From assembly GCF_009914755.1 (NCBI RefSeq), contig NC_060936.1: a stretch of DNA of 64,000 bases; one strand, given 5' to 3'. The position numbers were made by a program, and so were the translations under genes. A model generated the notes under the pieces. That model did no database searches and had not been told where the DNA came from. It was given only the letters and a program-made list of their open reading frames with translations. Positions 56,991-64,000 of this stretch are shown in pieces; the first letter of the stretch is position 1, and every line of letters begins with the position of its first letter. Source of the stretch: the human T2T-CHM13v2.0 reference genome, Homo sapiens.

Positions 56991-58584
56991 AATGCCTTTT
57001 ACGCAAATGATAACATAACATAAATACTGTTGTACTGACTTAGAGAGAGCACTTTTTCCATCCTGCCTTCTCTATCTTCACTGCCATTTTTGTCATCTTT
57101 TTTCATGAATTTTTGTAACAAATTTTTAAAATAGAACTTTTAAAATAGAACTTCCTGTCATCAATTGATCTCTGTACAAATCTATCCTCTAAAACTGGTA
57201 CCAAAATTACTTTCCTAGATAACAAAGTCATAGCATGTCAGAGTCTAGTCCTGTCATTTCCCCTGTTTAAAGACCTCCAATTGCTCCCCATTGGCTTCAG
57301 AAAAAACTGTCAAGTCATTATTGCGAATTAACGAGGTCCTTCAAAATATCACCTACTTGTCCCACTTCCTCTGTGCATCCTAAATTCTAGCCACACTGAA
57401 TGTTCTAACATTATCCCACCACCACCACCACTCTGAGCACTTGCAAATGCCATCCTTAACAAGTGCCTTGCCTGGGCCAGTCTCTCCCTAAACATTCATT
57501 CTTCATGCTCCAGCTCATGCATCTTGTTTTTTGTGGCTCTTTTCCTGATTTCCACGGATAACAGTTGTTCTCTTCTTTGGGAATCTACACAGCATATGTG
57601 TAGATCTTTATTATAGTATTGAATCATTGCATTGTATTATCTTATGTTCACATTTTTCTCCCAAAGTCAGGAGAGGTAGCTGCAATAGCAGCAACTGTAA
57701 ATGATGGACTTTTCTATCCTCATTATCTACTACAGGTAACGGTAAATAGCATATGTATTGCATATAGAAAATCATCTAACACCGTTTAATGAATGACATA
57801 AAGAATACAGCCGCTTCCCTTTAAACCATTCTCAAGTTTAAGCATGCATAGGAATTCTAGTTTTGGCTTAAGAGAGTTGAGCCAAAAAAATAAGCTTTTG
57901 CAAAAGAAATCTTCACCATTTTTACAAAAGTACTAAACTGAGATGAAGAAGTCCATCCCACGGCTTCATCTCTAAATTATCACATTCTTCATGATCATCC
58001 CCAAGTGCTTAGAGAGGACTTAATAAGTGGTCTGTGAACAGCGGAGAAAGTAGCAAGAGTCACAAGACATCCTTGACTTTAAAAAAGTGGAAGGAATATT
58101 AACTAGATCCTTGGAGTACTCCAGAGGCCTCCCAGCAAAAAGGAGCTACTCTTTATTCACCTAGATTCAGGTTTTTAAGAGTCATAACTTATATATGTGT
58201 GTGTCTATATAGTGTATAACCCTATGGAGACACAGTCATGTATATATGAACTTGCTCCATCTGAGTCAGATAGCTAATGTCATGAGTTCACTTGTGTGTG
58301 ACTGATAGTAATTTATTTTCATGTTTCAGTTATTTGCATTCTTGTATGTTTTTAATCTATGCTAGTCCTGTTCCAGTCCCCTTAGAATGAAAGATAACTG
58401 AAGTAAGACACAAAAATATTGTTTCAGTCTTCTTCCTGCCTAAAAACTGCAGGCATAGCAGTCATTTATACTTCTGTATTCCATAGAAGCAGCACATGTC
58501 AGATGCCTTAATATAATGAGACAAAGTCATGAGGGAAGGGAACCAGCTTCAGTCATCTCCAGCTCAGCAAAAGACATCATGATC

Positions 58585-58940
58585 TCATATGGTTTGGCTG
58601 TGTCCCCACCCAAATCTCATCTTGAATTTAGCTCCCACAATTCCCATGTGCTGTGGGTGGGAGCCGGTGGGAGGTAATTTAATCATGGGGGTGGGTCTTT
58701 CCCGTGCTATTCTCGTGATAGTGAATAATTCTCACAAGATTTGATGATTTTATAAAGGGGAGTTTCCCTGCACTAGTTCTCTTCTCTTGTCTGCCGCCAT
58801 GTTTAGTGCCTTTCACTTTCCTCCATGACTGTGAGGCCTCCACAGCCATGTGGAACTGTAAGTTCATTAAATCTCTTTCTTTTGTAAATTGCCCAGTCTC
58901 GGGTATGTCTTTATCAGCAGCGTGAAAACAGACTAATACA
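58585..58940 (+). mobile_element. THE1 (MaLR) solo LTR
   Basis: atatggtttggctgtgtccccacccaaatctcatcttgaatt...cagcagcgtgaaaacagactaataca. Confidence 0.95.
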
Positions 58941-59465
58941 CCATCCATACATTGCTTAGTCAAAATCCAGGTGTTCATTTTTTGTCTACCTCATCTTCCC
59001 TATATAATTCATTGGAAATTGATCAACCCTAGAACATATTATAAATCAGTCTCTGTATCTCATTTCCACTATTACTCCTTAATCCAGGCCACTATCATCT
59101 CTTGCCTTTACTACAACAATTGCTTTCTAGTCATTGTCTCTATTTCTACTTGTTTCCTTACTAAAATCCATTCTCCAAACAAACGTTCATAGTTATCTGC
59201 TTAGAAAGGTAAATCAAGTCATGCCATATGGCTGTATAAAACTGTTTCAAAGCTTTATTCTGCACATGGAATAAAATGCAAACTCCTACCCTTACAAAGC
59301 CCTGAATGGTGTGGCCCTTGCCTTCTTCCCTGACATTATCTCTTCCCGTTTTCTCTTTTGTCAATATGCTTCTATGAGTTCCTCTAATACCAATATGCAA
59401 ACTTGCTCCCACCACAGGACCTTTGAATGTTAACTTTTACCCTCAGAAGACTCTTCGCCCAGACC

Positions 59466-59645
59466 CAGGTTTCTCAACCTCAGCGCAGTTGACATTTAGG
59501 CCAGACAATTTTCATGGGGAGTGGTCTTGCCTCCATCTTCTAGATGCAGGTGGGACCCTCACTCCTAGTTATAATGCCCCGAAATGCCTCCAGACATTGT
59601 CAAATTCCTCCTGGTGGAGCAAAATCTTCCTCTTGAAATGACTGG
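59466..59645. mobile_element. MER20 (hAT-Charlie) relic within L2 sequence (about 58990-60130)
   Basis: tttctcaacctcagc..agttgacatt...ccagacattgtcaaat...gcaaaatc...tgaaatgactg. Confidence 0.75.
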
Positions 59646-61979
59646 CTTTTTTCTTTAATTCATTCAGCATGTGTTCACAGGGCAGCTCCCATGTGCCTCA
59701 TACTGTTTTTAAGTGTTGAGGATACTAAGAGAACAAGCCAGAAAAGAATGCATGCCTTCAGATAGCTTAAATTTAAATGAAAGAGATTAAAAAAAAAAAA
59801 AAAACGAATACAATCAAATCTATCCAAGGTAATAACTTAAAAGTCCAGCTCCTCGGAGGGCCTTCGCTGACCACTGGAATTATAAAAGCAATCACATCTC
59901 ACTTTCTATCACATCACCCAATTTTTATACTATAGTAGTTAGCATTATATGTTATATTCTTATTGATATAGTTATTTATTTATTGTATCTCCCAGTAGAG
60001 TATAAGCTTTATGATAATAGGACACTATTATAATTTGTTTTGTTCAACACTGTATTTCCAGTATCTATAGAATAATACCTAACAACATAGTGGATACCTT
60101 TATACAGATATATGACCATTTGTTGAGTGAATAAAATAAATAAACTTAAGAACAAAGAAAAGTCCTTGATTAGCTGATAATGTACAATTTTATGCACAGG
60201 AATGACCCTCATCAGGGTTGAATTAAAGATGATCTCAAAAACATCGAAATAATAAGAAAAAATACATGAAAATTGCTATTTCCCCAATATTGTTTTACTC
60301 CACACAAATGAAATAGATAAATGGCTTGAAATCAAATCATCAAAATCAAAGTAAACCATTGGGAACTATTGTCCAAATAAAGAAAAAGTACAAGTAAACT
60401 CACTTTAGAAAAAAATGTCCTAGAAGTTTAGAGCTAAAAATAAACTAATTACGTTTCTTCCCTCAAAAAACTTACCAAAAATTTAATTATTTGTTTCAAA
60501 GTGAAAATCTGTGCCAGGGTGGTTTGTTTGTTTTATTATTTGTGTTTGTCAGACTACTAGTGTTACAATTTGAACAAGACTTTACTTAGTTTAATTTTTT
60601 TATGGAAATGTCACTTTCAACTGGTATTCCACTTGAAACATCTAAAAATCATTCATTGTATTGCCTTTTAATATTCCGCCTAATGAAGAACTACTACTAG
60701 GCTATAAGCTCTAGGAGGGCAGGAATCTGTCTACTAAATACTAATGGTATTTGCTACCATTATATCTCCAGAGCTACCACATGGCAAGACAGATAACAGC
60801 CTTTGTTGAATAAACTGAAAATAACATGAATAAAAACTAAGTTAGTCTAAATTTATAATGGAAGCTTCTTTCAGCAGCACTCTTATCCAACAAAAAGAGA
60901 AAAGGTAGACCTCCCCTCATCAAAAAGGCTAAATAAAAATGGCACTATTACAGCTCATAAAAGGAGTATTTGTTAGGTTATCCTACATGCAAACATCTAT
61001 TAATTAGTTCTTTACATTAAGAAAGAATTTAATCAGACTTTGACAAAATTTAGCTACATATTCTTTACTGCAATATAGATACCCGTCAGAAGTTGGAATC
61101 AATTAAAATTATGTAAGGAATACTATAGTTCATTACATGACTGAGTATAAATTAATTGACATCTTCTTGTACCCTAATACTATAAGTATTCTTACCTTTT
61201 TAAATATGTTTATGATTTCTTTTGACATGATAATGTTGTTGTTTTTGCTTCAGTATCTTAAAAGGTGGGCCTTGGCTTAGATTTAAATATATCTAATGTG
61301 GAAAACTTTCCATGTTAAGGGTGACACCATTAGAGTGAATAAAATAATGAACAAGTAGCTATAGTCTTCACCACTGTTGCCCCACGGTAGATGTTTTGTT
61401 TCTGGGACATTATGAAAGAGATGTACGCATTATAATTTCTATAGTGAGTGAAAGGGTTATTCTTGTTACCTTTTTAAAAAAGTATTGCTCTATAAAACAT
61501 ATTATTAAAAAATGTTACCTTTTAATGGAGACTGTAATTTTAGGAACTTTTTCCAAAACTATTCCATCTACTTACTTATTGTACTTGAAATATAAAAACC
61601 ATTATTTTAAAATATCACATTAAATCTGCTGCATTTGGAATGTAGTCAATAATAGTTATCCCAAAACATGGCATTTTTCACTTGTCATTCCTTCCTCAAA
61701 TATGCACTACATTCCAAACTTTGAGCCAACAGAATATTAGGTAGTCTACAAGGGGCTGGTCAATATGTAAACAGGGAAAAATACAAAACTGAGTGTGTGT
61801 GTGTGTGCTAGGGACAGATCTAAGGACGGAGTATCTTGGATGCAAATTATAGAAGTTCTTCATCCAGGTTTGGTAGGTCTAGAAATGTTCTCCAGTTTTA
61901 ATTCTAGATTCTAGAGATCACCCAGTCAAACTCTGTTGAAGACAGGCTGCTAAGCATTACATAAAAAAACACAGGCCTT

Positions 61980-62170
61980 AAAGGCAGTGAGAAGTTAAGT
62001 TCAAATTTTGACTCTGCCACAACTAGAGTATGTGGTGTCTGATAATTAATTTCTGAGTCTCAATTTTTTCATATGTAAAATCAGAATTAAATAATGTTGT
62101 CACAATAATTTTGTAAGAAAGATGTTTACGCAGTGCCTGTAAGAAGATGTTCACTAAGTGGCAGGCAATA
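61980..62170 (+). mobile_element. MIR SINE
   Basis: gttcaaattttgactctgccac...tctgagtctcaattttttcatatgtaaaat. Confidence 0.7.
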
Positions 62171-63653
62171 AATCATAATCGGCAACTTTTTAAAAATGAG
62201 TAGATGAGGAAATAAACCAAAAGTGGTAGCCCAATTTCCACAAGTACTTGGAAGAATCAGTCCACATAACATCAAATCACTGTGGCTACACCATGCTTTC
62301 CTAGTAAATTTTAGTACAAAACAGGAAAAGGTTTTAGGTTAATTGCATTACCCAATAGTCTGGAGAGTATTTAAACAAGCTTTGGAATTCATATCTACAA
62401 GAAAACAAATAATGTGTTTATAATTATTTTAATTTTAGAATCTTTATGCTTCTCAAACAAGCAATTTTTTTAAATGAATGAATGCATTTTTAAATGAGAA
62501 ACATGTTGAGGAGAGTATTTTTTCCAATATAAAGCCCAGATTAAATATGTAAGAGTTTAGTATTTGATTAACCTTATGTTTAAAACACACATTATTAAGT
62601 ACCTTAAAAAGTACAAAGTATATAAAATTTCCTAATTGTCAACTGGACTGTCAATATACAGCTCAATTGAGATACAGTGACCTATCCTTTTCTTCTGATC
62701 ACTAGCTGTATTTACACACTGGCATGAGGACACCGGCGTCATGAGACGGAGCAAATCACTGGTTTATAGAAAATGTACTCACTCTTTGCTTTTATAGACA
62801 TTGTCAAACTTATTTTGAAAACTTATATTCTACGCGCCAGCAGTCTTTCTTTAGTTCTTGTGAAATAGTTTTTACAAAAAGTGAAAACATTACTCATAAG
62901 CAACTACAGAGGAACTATAAAATAAGCTTAGTTAGATTAAAAACGTTAAACATTTACTTTATTTAGAAGTAAATGACTACATGTTGTGTACCTTCCTTGT
63001 GGCTGACTCTTGTATTGAACAAATTCCAGATCCAACAGTTCTCTCAGAAAATAATAAACATTTCCAACCCCTTTGTAAAAATGTGCAGATATGCATGTTT
63101 TAGGTTAATGTACAAATGTAATAATAACAAGATTACTATTCGTAAACCACATGATTCTTAAATCTTTACTGGATTTTAAAAGAACATGTTTGAAACAACT
63201 TTTGAAGTGATATAAACCCTTACATATTGAAATGCTGAATATTAGTTTCCATGTTTTAAATTTATAAAACTTATAGGATCCCTTACTAGATTTTTTACCT
63301 GGGATCTGATTCCTATTCTAAGCCTGCTTTTTTCAAATCATCTAATGTTATTTAGACGTAATTATCCCTTTCAAGCCACTGACTGACTCTATACATCTTC
63401 TATCTCAAACATTTACATGCCACCTAAAAGATTATCTACTTTCATCCACACACTGAATCTACAGAATCTACATTGCCCATGTCTTTAATTCATGAGCTCT
63501 GAAAGGCTATAGTATTGCTGAATGGATTATCTCCTTGAATCCCTTATTGGCAGTTCTAGAAGTGTTTGGTGTTTGCCTTTATAGCCCTTCTTCTAGAATA
63601 CACAAAATTATAGCCTTGCAAAAGAACCAGTTGTTGAATTACATCAAATGCCC

Positions 63654-64000
63654 CTGGCACTTTTGCTAAAAACAGATTCAACAGTTTGTGGGCCTGAATT
63701 AATGCACCGTGACCAGGGTCAGAAGAATCCATCAGAGATTCTAAGGGGAAACAAACCAGGCTCTAAAAAACTCTTGAAATAAGGCAGGTAGAGAAACTGG
63801 TCTAGAATTTTTGTTAAATTCTGGCACTTTTGTTAAAAACAGATTCAACAGTTTGTGGGCCTGAATTAATGCACCGTGACCAGGGTCAGAAGAATCCATC
63901 ACAGATTCTGAGGGGAAACAAACCAGGCTCTAAAAAACTCTTGAAATAAGGCAGGTAGAGAAACTGGTCTAGAATTTTTGTTAAATTCTAGCACTTTTGT
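63654..64000. repeat. 167-bp tandem repeat: two full copies plus the start of a third, truncated by the window edge
   Basis: Units start at 63654, 63821 and 63988; 3 mismatches between copies 1 and 2. Confidence 0.97.

Noticed and set aside
63654-64000. CRISPR-like array or alpha satellite
   Set aside because: Head-to-tail units with no unique spacers; 167 bp rather than 171 bp and no alphoid or CENP-B-box similarity; eukaryotic intron.

Overview
Primate (human or great-ape-like) genomic DNA, AT-rich and repeat-dense, lying entirely inside the minus-strand SoxD transcription-factor gene SOX5. Only two coding exons are present. A 173-nt exon at 52695-52867 encodes the leucine zipper/coiled coil (G)[27 protein letters not shown]...AKQQQEQ. 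A 69-nt exon at 46512-46580 encodes the Q-box [23 protein letters not shown]. They are joined by a 6114-nt GT-AG intron. The rest is intronic: about 16 Alus, a truncated L1PA 3' end, old L1M/L2/MIR relics, THE1/MLT1/MLT2 solo LTRs, MER8/MER20 DNA transposons and microsatellites. Apart from the ORF overlapping the Q-box exon and one L1 ORF2 remnant, the ORF track is repeat-derived or random. I cannot support a genuinely new biological system. The best leads are: a young 167-bp tandem array running off the right edge; a weak donor followed by a stop and AATAAA after the Q-box exon (candidate truncated, HMG-less isoform); inverted Alus around the zipper exon; a triple-CCAAT promoter-like cluster; a double-hairpin GATA element; and a 29-bp MIR head bracketed by a perfect 19-bp direct repeat. 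Repeat boundaries and subfamilies were called by eye and are approximate.
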